Shown here: positions 27,947 to 37,630 of the stretch, one piece after another
Layout: the number at the start of each line of letters is the position of its first letter
Numbering within the stretch: position 1 is the first letter of the stretch
Sequence record: SRR33789315_82
Length of the DNA stretch: 64,000 nucleotides
Strand: one strand, 5' to 3'
Notes under the pieces: generated by a model
Told to the model about the DNA's origin: nothing
The model's database searches: none
The model's input: the letters and a program-made list of their open reading frames with translations, nothing else
Position numbers and translations under genes: made by a program

Positions 27947-28423
27947 ATGATGACCACACGCCTCGAACTTGCCCTTACCAAGCTTTATACTGCTTTTCAT
28001 AATGGAGAACTTCATCCTGAATGTGCAAAAAGTTGTGCTGTAGGTAATATTTGTGATAATAATGACAGCTGGCAAAACCTAACAGATCGTCACGGCTCTT
28101 TGGTTCTTAATTATGTAGGCAGAGTTAATCAAACCTTTAGTCGAAAAATTAACGGTTACCTTCCGCTAGAATTGTTAAAAATAGAGGCAGAATTTCTAAA
28201 AGGATGCGGGTATATACTACCGCTTAATTACAAGACTAAAAAGAATATTAACCCTACAGATAAAGAAGTTCAGTTCAATGGGCTTTGTGCTGCAATTGCT
28301 TTTTTATGCGAACTAGATGGTATTCCCAATATCATGGACTATTCTAAATTGTTTGAATATGAAAACAATAAGCCTATATACACCTTACCTGAAGTTTTAA
28401 ATAATTCCTATTCAAACCAATAA
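27947..28423 (+). CDS. Conserved flavobacterial hypothetical protein with Cys motif
   Basis: LYTAFHNGELHPECAKSCAVGNICD; no flavin or ferredoxin motif. Confidence 0.7.
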   Translation: MMTTRLELALTKLYTAFHNGELHPECAKSCAVGNICDNNDSWQNLTDRHGSLVLNYVGRVNQTFSRKINGYLPLELLKIEAEFLKGCGYILPLNYKTKKNINPTDKEVQFNGLCAAIAFLCELDGIPNIMDYSKLFEYENNKPIYTLPEVLNNSYSNQ

Positions 28424-28542
28424 ATAGCTTCGGTTTAATTTAACTTTTATCCACTAAACCCTTTTCGTTAAAGCTGTATCTTTATGGTTTTATTCTAAAA
28501 ATGAATAAGCGTATTTTTTACGCCTATTTATAATCATATACT

Positions 28543-30519
28543 ATGCAAAAAACAATACTTACTACCCTATTTATTTTGGTTACCTACCTTACCTCAATGG
28601 GGCAAGATACATTTGAAGCTGAAGATGGCACGATCACTGGCGCTTCAGTTAGTAATGAATCTGAGGGTTATTCAGGAACGGGTTATGTTATATTTGAAGA
28701 TACCGGAAACATTAAAATTAACGTTGACCGTACGGTAGCAGGAACTTATTTTTTATCAATTGGTTATCGTGCAGGCTATGGCGAAAAGACACAAGATCTC
28801 CTTGTAAATGGAAACTATGTCACCAGCGTAGTCTTTCCGGCGAGTAATGTATTTACTACCGTAGAGGTAGGTGGTATCGCTCTTAATGAAGGCTCAAATA
28901 CTGTAGAAATAAATAAAAATTGGGGATATATGTTTATCGATTACTTTATAGTAAATTCTGAAAGTAATTCTCCCCCTACTGCAGATGCTGGTGCTCCACA
29001 AGTTAAAATGGATACAGATTTAAACGGTTATGAAGTCTTCACCCTAGATGCTTCTGCTAGTACAGATATTAATGATGATATTGTTTCATATAACTGGTAT
29101 TTGGCTAATGGAACACTATTGGGCACAGGAGCACAAATCCAATATCAAGCAAATATGGGTGGGCATTACTTAACCCTAGAAGTTGAAGATGAAAACGGAA
29201 ATAAAGGTACAGATGAGACACAGCTTTTTGTTGGCCATCCCACAAATAATAACAAAAACGTCATTTCTATTCCTAATAGTAGTGAGGTCATGTTTGCCAA
29301 TGGTATTAACCTAGCATGGTACAACTTTGCCAGTGACATTGTCTCGCTTAACGCAACTTATTTTGAAGGTGTTTTCGACCAGATTGAAGCAGCTGGCGGT
29401 AATGCGATGCGTTGGTGGTTACATACTAACGGAAATAAAAGCCCCATTTTTGATGCTTCAGGAAATGTAACAGGCCTTAATGCCAATACCATTCCTAATA
29501 TGAAAAAAGTATTGGATCTAGCTCAAGAAAGAGGTATAAAAATAAGTATGTGCCTTTGGTCATTTGATATGCTTCAACCGCAAGGTCAAGATCAACAAAA
29601 GATGAAAGGTTTTTTAGAAAGTAAAGCTAAAACACAAACCTATATAGATAATGCATTGCTTCCTATTCTAGATGCAATTGGCTCCCATCCCGCAGTGATG
29701 ACTTGGGAAATATTTAATGAACCCGAAGGAATGACCGAAGAATTTGGTTGGACTCCCGTAAAAACACAAATGAAATATGTGCAGCAATTTGTAAATATGA
29801 CGGCAGGAGCTATTCATAGAAAAGTTCTTGGTGCATTAGTTTCTTCTGGCTCTTGGAGTTTTAGAGCTTCTACAGATATTGAAGGAAATACAAATTACTA
29901 CAGGGATGACCGTTTAATTGCTGCTGGTGGAGATACAGATGGTACTCTTGATTTTTATCAAGTACATTTTTACCCAGAGCATTTTGGCAATAACCTATCC
30001 CCTTTTCACAGACCAGCAGATTGGTGGGAACTAGATAAACCTATTGTTCTTGGAGAATTCCCAAGTAGAGCAATTGATGAACGTGCAGATCCCAGTTATA
30101 CCATTAAAGAAGCTTATCAATTAGCGTATGAATATGGCTATGCAGGTGCAATGGCTTGGGATTTTAGAGGTTTTGATGGCGGAAGTTTTGAAACTGCTAA
30201 AGAAGGTATTTCTTATCTGGCAGAAAACTATCCTGTTGCAAATAATTTTTTAGGTATTGAAACTGTGAAACCAAACGATGATTTACAGTTATCCTTATAT
30301 CCAAACCCAATTAAAGACAACAGGCTAACATTAAAAGTACAAGATACTAGCCCTATAAATGTTGAAATAATTAATATCCTCGGAAAAAGAGTCGGAAACT
30401 ATCATTATGAAGGTCAAACAACCTACACGATAGATGTAAGCCATATAGCTACAGGAATAAATCTTGTACGTATTTCTTCTGAAAAGTGGTCAACTACTAG
30501 AAAGATTATCAAGCAATAA
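28543..30519 (+). CDS. Secreted CBM35-PKD-GH5 (subfamily 10-like beta-mannanase) with T9SS C-terminal domain
   Basis: FEAEDG..WGYMFIDYF CBM; PTADAG PKD; GINLAW, RWWLH, WEIFNEPEG, FYQVHFY, VLGEFP; LYPNP..RKIIKQ CTD. Confidence 0.8.
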   Translation: MQKTILTTLFILVTYLTSMGQDTFEAEDGTITGASVSNESEGYSGTGYVIFEDTGNIKINVDRTVAGTYFLSIGYRAGYGEKTQDLLVNGNYVTSVVFPASNVFTTVEVGGIALNEGSNTVEINKNWGYMFIDYFIVNSESNSPPTADAGAPQVKMDTDLNGYEVFTLDASASTDINDDIVSYNWYLANGTLLGTGAQIQYQANMGGHYLTLEVEDENGNKGTDETQLFVGHPTNNNKNVISIPNSSEVMFANGINLAWYNFASDIVSLNATYFEGVFDQIEAAGGNAMRWWLHTNGNKSPIFDASGNVTGLNANTIPNMKKVLDLAQERGIKISMCLWSFDMLQPQGQDQQKMKGFLESKAKTQTYIDNALLPILDAIGSHPAVMTWEIFNEPEGMTEEFGWTPVKTQMKYVQQFVNMTAGAIHRKVLGALVSSGSWSFRASTDIEGNTNYYRDDRLIAAGGDTDGTLDFYQVHFYPEHFGNNLSPFHRPADWWELDKPIVLGEFPSRAIDERADPSYTIKEAYQLAYEYGYAGAMAWDFRGFDGGSFETAKEGISYLAENYPVANNFLGIETVKPNDDLQLSLYPNPIKDNRLTLKVQDTSPINVEIINILGKRVGNYHYEGQTTYTIDVSHIATGINLVRISSEKWSTTRKIIKQ

Positions 30520-30549
30520 TAAAACAGAATTTTATACGACCATACTTAC

Positions 30550-30585
30550 AAAACCCACTTCTTTTTTAGACGTGGGTTTTCTTTT
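30550..30585 (+). terminator. Intrinsic terminator
   Basis: AAAACCCAC/GTGGGTTTT stem followed by T-rich tail. Confidence 0.7.
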
Positions 30586-30691
30586 GTTAGAACCATAAAA
30601 CCGAAGCTGATTAATATCATAGAATAATAAAGTACCAGAGCAGAATTTTGCTTTTAATCTTTCCTGCGTAAACGCTATAAATTCATAACAA

Positions 30692-31318
30692 ATGAAAAAG
30701 CTAATTAAAAAAAGTCTAGAGCAAGCCATCTCCTATGAATCCTATAGTCAACTTTTAAAAGAGTTGGTTGATGAGGAGCAAACCTCAGGACCTGAACAAA
30801 CGGCAGATAAAATAAACTTCACAAAACTCAATTATAGTCGTTCAAAAAGATTAGACAAAACAATCGCTTTAGATGAAGAGACGCTACACGCTTTTAAAAA
30901 AATAAAATTCCCATTAACCTGGCTGGTGATTACAGAATCTTGGTGTGGAGATGCAGCCCAAACCCTACCTATTCTTAACAAACTAGCTCAAGCTTCAGAA
31001 AAAATTAAGCTTCAACTCGTGTTACGAGATGAAAATCCTGAATTAATGGATGCTTTTTTAACTAATGGAACACGGTCTATCCCAAAACTGGTTATCATTG
31101 ATGAAAATCAGGATGTCATTACTACTTGGGGGCCACGCTCTGATAATGCAACTAAAATGGTGCAAGAATATAAAGCCATTCACGGAAAAATAGATGCTAA
31201 TTTCAAAAAGGAACTTCAGGTTTGGTATAACAAAGACAAGGGACAATCTATAATAGAAGAGATAAGGACAATTATCCAAAAGTTAGCCGAGCAAGAAATC
31301 AACTTTTCTGTGGTGTAA
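30692..31318 (+). CDS. Thioredoxin family protein (WCGD type)
   Basis: TESWCGDAAQ, TRSIPKL, WGPRS. Confidence 0.85.
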   Translation: MKKLIKKSLEQAISYESYSQLLKELVDEEQTSGPEQTADKINFTKLNYSRSKRLDKTIALDEETLHAFKKIKFPLTWLVITESWCGDAAQTLPILNKLAQASEKIKLQLVLRDENPELMDAFLTNGTRSIPKLVIIDENQDVITTWGPRSDNATKMVQEYKAIHGKIDANFKKELQVWYNKDKGQSIIEEIRTIIQKLAEQEINFSVV

Positions 31319-31479
31319 CCCACATATTCTTTATTAAGTATATTCTTTCATATAGCAAAAGGTTCTGTAGTAAAACTGTCTTAAAGAAACCACAAAATGT
31401 AAAGGAATAACTCTTAAATAACGCTAATGTTTTTCGCAAGACCTAAAAGCCTTTTTAATTTTAGGGTCAAAACGAAAGA

Positions 31480-32508
31480 ATGGAAAATTTAATAGAAAAT
31501 AGAAATACATTACCACATCAAATAGGCTTAGGAGCTGTTCCCATAGGCAATGAATTTATGAAGGTAACTGAAAAAGATGCCTTCGCAACATTAGATGCAG
31601 CCTGGGAATCAGGCATACGTTATTATGATGTAGCTCCCTGGTACGGTTTAGGTTTAGCAGAAAGAAGATTCGGAAATTTTTTACACCAAAAACCCCGAGA
31701 AGAATATACAATATCTTCAAAAGTGGGCAAGCTTTTAAAAGCATCAAAAACGATCGTTCCTGCAAAAGGACCTTTCCCCTTTTCTCCATCACCTAACACT
31801 TTCGAATTTGACTATTCGGCAGATGGGGTGCGCAGATCCATAGAAGATAGTCTACAACGTATGGGAATAGACAGTCTGGATATTGTTTTTGTACATGACC
31901 TCTCACCTGACAATCCTTTTTTTAAAGAAGGAGAATGGCTAGAACATTTTAAAATTGCTGAAAAAGGAGCTTTCCCAGAACTAACCAAAATGCGGGAAGA
32001 AGGGATTATTAAAGGTTGGGGAATGGGTGTAAACAGGCCACAACCCGTTTTAAAAAGTCTGGAAGTAGCAGATCCGGATACCTTTTTATTTGCATCGCAA
32101 TATTCTTTAATAGATCACGAGAATGCATTAAAAAATGTCTTTCCTGTAATCAGAAAGAAAAAAGCTTCGCTAGTAATGGCATCCAATTTAAATGCCGGGT
32201 TTATTTCAGGGAGTCACCGTTATAATTATGGAAACGAAATTCCTGTTGAAGCTATTGAAAAATTGAAAAAACTGGAAGACGTAGCAGTTTCTCATCAAGT
32301 AGATTTACGCACCGCTGCCTTACAGTTTGCCTCTTTCCCCGATGTAGCTACTGCTATTGTAACGGGAGCCAGAACCCCAGAACAGGTAAAAGAAAATGTT
32401 GCTTCACTAACTGGAAAAATACCTGAAGATTTTTGGAAAGAACTTAAAGAATCAGGTCTTATTGCTCAAGAAGCACCCACTACAAAACAGGTTTTAGAAA
32501 AAGCTTAA
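31480..32508 (+). CDS. Aldo/keto reductase, D-threo-aldose (L-fucose/L-galactose) dehydrogenase-like
   Basis: YDVAPWYGLGLAERRFG, SSKVGKLL, FDYSADGVRRSIEDSLQR, VHD. Confidence 0.82.
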   Translation: MENLIENRNTLPHQIGLGAVPIGNEFMKVTEKDAFATLDAAWESGIRYYDVAPWYGLGLAERRFGNFLHQKPREEYTISSKVGKLLKASKTIVPAKGPFPFSPSPNTFEFDYSADGVRRSIEDSLQRMGIDSLDIVFVHDLSPDNPFFKEGEWLEHFKIAEKGAFPELTKMREEGIIKGWGMGVNRPQPVLKSLEVADPDTFLFASQYSLIDHENALKNVFPVIRKKKASLVMASNLNAGFISGSHRYNYGNEIPVEAIEKLKKLEDVAVSHQVDLRTAALQFASFPDVATAIVTGARTPEQVKENVASLTGKIPEDFWKELKESGLIAQEAPTTKQVLEKA

Positions 32509-32517
32509 ATAATGAGT

Positions 32518-32544
32518 AAAAGGCAGCAAAAATTGCTGCCTTTT
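32518..32544. terminator. Bidirectional intrinsic terminator
   Basis: AAAAGGCAGCAA/TTGCTGCCTTTT between convergent genes. Confidence 0.85.
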
Positions 32545-32936
32545 TAAATAAATTTCCTCAAAAAATAATAAAGTAGCAATAGCCAACCTGCGGCTAGTAA
32601 TAACCCGCCTAGAGGTGTTATAGGGCCCAGAAATTTCCATTTCTTACCCGAAGCAGCACTTAAACAAAGACCATATATGCTAAAGGAAAACAGCAAAACA
32701 CCTATCACAAACAGGCAGACAATCCAAGTTTCTAATCCCGTAGAAAAATGCATATTAAACCCTAAAAGAAGCAATAGGAGCGCGTGATACATTTGGTATT
32801 TTACGCCGGTCTCAAAACTAACCAGCTGTTCTGATGTGAATTTTTTCTTAAGTGCATGGGCACCAAAAGCGCCAAAAATAACAGCCAGAAAACCGTAAAG
32901 TGCTCCAAAGATTTGAGCTAAAAATAGTGCTTGCAT
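32544..32936 (-). CDS. DUF423 membrane protein
   Basis: GAFGAHAL, YQMYHAL, LFSFSIY, GPITPLGG. Confidence 0.9.
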   Translation of the reverse strand: MQALFLAQIFGALYGFLAVIFGAFGAHALKKKFTSEQLVSFETGVKYQMYHALLLLLLGFNMHFSTGLETWIVCLFVIGVLLFSFSIYGLCLSAASGKKWKFLGPITPLGGLLLAAGWLLLLYYFLRKFI

Positions 32937-32970
32937 GAAATTTTGTCTAATGACGTTTTATTGTTGAAGT

Positions 32971-33330
32971 TTAAAACATACTTTGCCCAAAAGTAAGCAA
33001 ATTACTATCTGGATCGAGTAACGCAAATTCTTGCTGTCCCCAAGGTTTATATTGCAAATGTCCCGCTTCTGGCATATCTAATTTCTTCTCAAGAGCTAGC
33101 TGGTACCATTCAGATGCATTATCTGTTCTTATATAAACCTGACCATAGTTTTCTTTGGGGTCGAGGTCTTTAAATTCAAAAAAATGAATTTGAATGTTGT
33201 CTCTTTCCACCATAAGATAACCATCATAATCTGCGTTACCAAATTCCTGAAAATTCAATTTATGTATATAAAAATCCCGGGTAATGGCTTTGTTACGCAT
33301 CGGTAATTTAGGATGAATGGCTGTTAGCAT
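32971..33330 (-). CDS. VOC/glyoxalase (bleomycin resistance-like) protein
   Basis: PKLPMRN..FY, KPWGQQEFALLDPDSNLLTFG; ATG 33330. Confidence 0.82.
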   Translation of the reverse strand: MLTAIHPKLPMRNKAITRDFYIHKLNFQEFGNADYDGYLMVERDNIQIHFFEFKDLDPKENYGQVYIRTDNASEWYQLALEKKLDMPEAGHLQYKPWGQQEFALLDPDSNLLTFGQSMF

Positions 33331-33402
33331 TTGTGTGGTTTTATTTGAACGTTTTTCTAAATACACCCTAAATTAGGCAAAAATAAGGACTTCAAATTCG
33401 GT

Positions 33403-33413
33403 CAATCGATTGC
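33403..33413. promoter_or_regulatory. LacI-type operator copy 1 (CAATCGATTGC)
   Basis: Palindrome upstream of GH43; recurs six times. Confidence 0.7.
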
Positions 33414-33470
33414 GCAATCTGTTATATTTTGGTAATATTACGAGTGTATACATTACACATACTAATCTAC

Positions 33471-35192
33471 ATGAAATATTATTCTACTGTACTGCTATTA
33501 CTCTTGGTATTATCGAGTTGTAAAAATGAAAATTCTTCTGTAGATAGTTTATCAAATTCAGATAGACCAAACCCAGAAGTTACACATTTTACCAATCCTA
33601 TTTTAGCGGGTTGGTATCCTGATCCTAGTATCACAGACGACGGAAAAGGTAATTTTTATATGGTGCAGTCCACTTTTGCCTTTTTCCCAGGTATTCCTAT
33701 TTTTCACAGTACAGATCTGGTTAATTGGAAACAAATAGGAAATGTTTTAGATCGCCCAGAGCAATTACAACTAGAAGGTTTTGGCGTATCTCGTGCGATT
33801 TTTGCACCAGATATAAGTTATAATAACGGTACTTATTATGTGGCTTGTACGCTTGTAGATGGCAAAGGTAATTTTGTAGTTACTGCACAAAATCCTGCTG
33901 GACCGTGGTCTAATCCCGTATGGTTGCCAGAAATAGATGGTATTGATCCCGGACTCTTTTTTGATGACGAAAAATCATATATCGTTTACAACAGTGATGC
34001 TCCAGATAACAAGCCGCTATATCAAGGCCATCGCACCATAAGATTGTATGAATTTGATAAAGACAGTCTCAAAGTAAAAGGTGAAAACCGAATCCTTGTA
34101 AACGGCGGTGTAGATCTCTCCAAAAAACCCATTTGGGCAGAAGGACCACGTATCTATAAATTGAATGGCTATTATTATTTAATGACTGCCGAAGGCGGTA
34201 CGGCTATAGATCATTCTGAAGTGATTTACCGTACAAAAAATCTAGAAGATGCTTTCATCCCGTGGGATCAAAACCCGATCCTTACGCAACGAGATCTCGA
34301 TCCTTCCCGAAAAAACCCGATTACCTCAGCCGGACATGCAGATCTTATACAACATCCTAACGGAGATTGGTACGGACTCTTTCTTGCCTGTCGGGATTAT
34401 GGAAATGATCATTACAATACTGGTCGCGAAACCTTTCTTGCACCCGTAAAATGGGTGGAAGATTGGCCTGTTTTTGATCTAGGCAAAAATGGGGTGCAAT
34501 ATGTATATCCTACACCCAAAGGAGTTACTATCAATAAAGATTTAAAGCCATTAACGGGTAATTTTACCCTAACGGAAGAATTTAAAAAAGACAGTTTAGA
34601 TTACTACTGGATGTTTATAAGAACCCCTAATGAGCAATGGTATAGCTTGACTGAAAAAGCAGGTTTTCTCAGCATGAAAACCAGAGCTGAAACGATTTCA
34701 GGAAAAGAGAATCCTAGTTTTATAGGAAGAAGACAACAGCATTTAAAAGGTTCGATAATTACTTCGCTAGAGTTTTCGCCAAAAAATGAAAATGAATCTG
34801 CTGGGCTGGTGGCCTTTCAAAATGAAACTCATTTTTATTACATCTGTAAAACCATGGTAGCTGATAAGCCAGTTGTGGCTATTTGTCGCGCCAATCCTGA
34901 TGGTTATGAAATATTAGATAGCGAAGTCTTATCAAATCCTGAAGAAGCGCTAGAAATAAAAATTGACTTTTCTACAGATCGCTATTATTTTTATTACAAA
35001 ATCGGAGATAACTGGGAAAAACTAGCCGAAGGCTTAGATGCCAAATACCTCAGCACACGAGTTGCTGGCGGATTTGTAGGCGTGACTTTAGGTCTCTATA
35101 CCACATCAAAGGGTACAAAAAGCACTAATACTGCTTATTTTGATTGGGTTTCGTATACAGGAAATGATTCGGTTTTTGAAGATTTGCATTAA
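33471..35192 (+). CDS. GH43 beta-xylosidase/arabinofuranosidase lipoprotein with C-terminal beta-sandwich
   Basis: Lipobox LSSC; NPILAGWYPDPS, GIDP, WAEGP, AEGGT, GHAD, GRETFL. Confidence 0.9.
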   Translation: MKYYSTVLLLLLVLSSCKNENSSVDSLSNSDRPNPEVTHFTNPILAGWYPDPSITDDGKGNFYMVQSTFAFFPGIPIFHSTDLVNWKQIGNVLDRPEQLQLEGFGVSRAIFAPDISYNNGTYYVACTLVDGKGNFVVTAQNPAGPWSNPVWLPEIDGIDPGLFFDDEKSYIVYNSDAPDNKPLYQGHRTIRLYEFDKDSLKVKGENRILVNGGVDLSKKPIWAEGPRIYKLNGYYYLMTAEGGTAIDHSEVIYRTKNLEDAFIPWDQNPILTQRDLDPSRKNPITSAGHADLIQHPNGDWYGLFLACRDYGNDHYNTGRETFLAPVKWVEDWPVFDLGKNGVQYVYPTPKGVTINKDLKPLTGNFTLTEEFKKDSLDYYWMFIRTPNEQWYSLTEKAGFLSMKTRAETISGKENPSFIGRRQQHLKGSIITSLEFSPKNENESAGLVAFQNETHFYYICKTMVADKPVVAICRANPDGYEILDSEVLSNPEEALEIKIDFSTDRYYFYYKIGDNWEKLAEGLDAKYLSTRVAGGFVGVTLGLYTTSKGTKSTNTAYFDWVSYTGNDSVFEDLH

Positions 35193-35202
35193 TTCATAGT
35201 AG

Positions 35203-35664
35203 CTATTTATTGTCCAAATCCAAATAATAAAGTTTTGCTGCTTCTTCAATTTCTTCTCCAAAACTATCGTCAAATTTAAAACTTGCCAGTTTCCATTGGT
35301 TTTGTGGTTTATAGAATTGAAAAGTCAATCTTAAAAATTGTCTATCAAATCTTATAAAATAGGAATAAAGAACATAGGACTCTCCTAATTTTTTAGAAGT
35401 TAATTTTTCATATCCATAATATTTACCTACCAAATCTTCGTCGAATCTTTCAAATTGATTTTTAACATTATTAATAGCATCCTGTATACGAGTCGTCCAA
35501 GGGTTCGTAGCATATAATAAATCTATTGCTTCAGATGCGCCCTTTTTTTCGTAGTTTTTAAAAAAATCATTGATAATTTCCTCTGGATCCTCTTGAGCTT
35601 GTAAGCTGAATGTTGAGAAAATTACAAATATAAATAGAGTCAAATATTTGTTTTTCCAAGTCAT
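35203..35664 (-). CDS. Secreted hypothetical protein
   Basis: Signal peptide ending LQA; 153 aa ORF. Confidence 0.7.
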   Translation of the reverse strand: MTWKNKYLTLFIFVIFSTFSLQAQEDPEEIINDFFKNYEKKGASEAIDLLYATNPWTTRIQDAINNVKNQFERFDEDLVGKYYGYEKLTSKKLGESYVLYSYFIRFDRQFLRLTFQFYKPQNQWKLASFKFDDSFGEEIEEAAKLYYLDLDNK

Positions 35665-35689
35665 AATTAATCTGTTTTATATTTATAGT

Positions 35690-37630
35690 TTACCAGCTAT
35701 CTGTTCTAAAAGGAGAAGCCGGAAGGTTTTTGTTGTTATACAAGTTAGCACTTTCTGGATTATCTGCCCAAGCATAGCGCACAGCAATGGGATTAGGAAC
35801 TTCTGGTGTGAAAACCACTACTTTATCCCCGTGAATTTCGGCGCGAGCCCAATGAAATTTTTTATCTGTTCCTGCAACGGCAAAACCTAATAAAGTTCTG
35901 CTGTCTTTGATTTTAAGTCCGCTACTGGTAGTCTCAAAATCGATGATAATCTTGCCATTTTCTACACGATGTGATTTGTAAATGGGTCCGCTATACCCGT
36001 TATTCTGTCCATAAGCCAGATTTTTGGCCGCTAGTGCTAGTCTATGCCCTACCTCTTTTTTATTTAGCGGATGAATATCGTTCCATTCTCCTATATCGTA
36101 GGTAACAGCCATTGCCGTATTGGGTACTTCAAGCGTCTGTAGTTGAGCTTCTCTAAGCTTAGCCCAATCGCTTTCTGCTGGATCTTGATCTGCTTTTCCC
36201 AGATTAGCAAGTTGTACATAGAGAAAAGGAAAATCCCCTTGATTCCATTTGTTTCTCCAATTATCGATAATACAAGAAAAAAGTTTCTTGTATTCTCCAG
36301 CACGAGATACATTTGATTCCCCTTGATACCATAGCGTCACTTTAATACCATAATTAATCAAGGGATTAATCATCGCATTATATAATCCCATCGGTTTCCA
36401 ACGAATAAAGGTTTGTGAAGCCAATGCTGGCATTGCACCACCCAATTTATAACTCCAGTTTCCGGTTAATTTATAAACCTGATCGTTGAGCGTCAGGTTG
36501 TATTTCTTTCCTTTAATAAAACCGCCACTGCCCTGTTCATTAATCACCCGAATAACGACTGTATTTTCTCCATCTTGCAATACACCTTCAGGAACGGTAT
36601 ACCATCTTGGCGGATATTGATAGGTGGTATTGCCTACATATTTTCCGTTGACAAAAAGAGAATCAGAATCGACGATGCGACCCATTTCCAGTTTGGCTGG
36701 TTTTCCTGCACTGCCTTTGGGTAAGGTTATTTTTGTAGTAAACCAAACCGCGCCGTGCGTGTCTCCCAAATCGGTTTGATCCCAAAAACCCGGAATTTCC
36801 ATAGTTTTCCAAGCGGAAACATCCATAGTGCCTTGTTTCCAGTTTTGCTGTACTCCTGCATCCTTTGCATTTAAGGCGGCATACCAGTTACCGCTACGGG
36901 AAGCATCGCTTTTTTCTATGGCAGATATAAGTGAATCACTGCGAAAACGTACGGCTTCGGCATAGTGATCCGGAAACTCTTTTAGTGCTTTTTCACTTAG
37001 CCATGCTTCGGCCGGAGAGCCGCCTAAACTGGCATTAATAATGCCTATAGGCACGTTTAAATCGCGGTATATTTCGTTAGCAAAAAAATGCGCCACAGCT
37101 GAAAATTGCAAGACACTTTCTGGGGTTGTTGCTTCCCACTTTCCGCTAGGTAAATCTACTTGTGCTTCTTTAAAATCATAGTATTGCGGAACGACAAAAT
37201 GACGAATTTCCGGAAAATTAGCCGTAGCGATTTCCTGCTCATAAAGTGGGCGCACACGTCGCATGGGAAGTTCCATATTAGACTGACCTGAACATAACCA
37301 TACCTCACCCATAAGAATGTCATTTATGGTGATCGTAATATCTTGTGAGACGACTTGCATGGTGTAGGATTTACCTGCTGGATGTGCGGGTAATTGCAGT
37401 TTCCAAGAACCGTCTTCTCCTACCGTAATTTGGTACGTTTCTGTATTAAAAGAAACTGTTACCTGTGCGCTAGGCTCACCCCAACCCCATACGTTTACCG
37501 GTATATCGCGCTGCAATATCATCCCATTACTAATGAGTTTTGGTAAACGCAATTGCGAAAAAACCGTTACCTGTACAAGACAGATAACGGTTAGTATAAG
37601 TTTCTTTAACAAAGAATGAGGCTTAGTCAA
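35690..37630 (-). CDS. Sialate O-acetylesterase-like (SGNH) carbohydrate esterase with inserted sugar-binding domain; probable xylan acetylesterase
   Basis: GEVWLCSGQSNM, WYQGESN, DIHP, VRYAW, PASPFRTD. Confidence 0.85.
   Translation of the reverse strand: MTKPHSLLKKLILTVICLVQVTVFSQLRLPKLISNGMILQRDIPVNVWGWGEPSAQVTVSFNTETYQITVGEDGSWKLQLPAHPAGKSYTMQVVSQDITITINDILMGEVWLCSGQSNMELPMRRVRPLYEQEIATANFPEIRHFVVPQYYDFKEAQVDLPSGKWEATTPESVLQFSAVAHFFANEIYRDLNVPIGIINASLGGSPAEAWLSEKALKEFPDHYAEAVRFRSDSLISAIEKSDASRSGNWYAALNAKDAGVQQNWKQGTMDVSAWKTMEIPGFWDQTDLGDTHGAVWFTTKITLPKGSAGKPAKLEMGRIVDSDSLFVNGKYVGNTTYQYPPRWYTVPEGVLQDGENTVVIRVINEQGSGGFIKGKKYNLTLNDQVYKLTGNWSYKLGGAMPALASQTFIRWKPMGLYNAMINPLINYGIKVTLWYQGESNVSRAGEYKKLFSCIIDNWRNKWNQGDFPFLYVQLANLGKADQDPAESDWAKLREAQLQTLEVPNTAMAVTYDIGEWNDIHPLNKKEVGHRLALAAKNLAYGQNNGYSGPIYKSHRVENGKIIIDFETTSSGLKIKDSRTLLGFAVAGTDKKFHWARAEIHGDKVVVFTPEVPNPIAVRYAWADNPESANLYNNKNLPASPFRTDSW

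Noticed and set aside
27947-28423. NqrF (Na+-NQR subunit F) label that I recall being attached to similar proteins
   Set aside because: 158 aa with no FAD/NAD-binding or 2Fe-2S ferredoxin motif and no nqr operon
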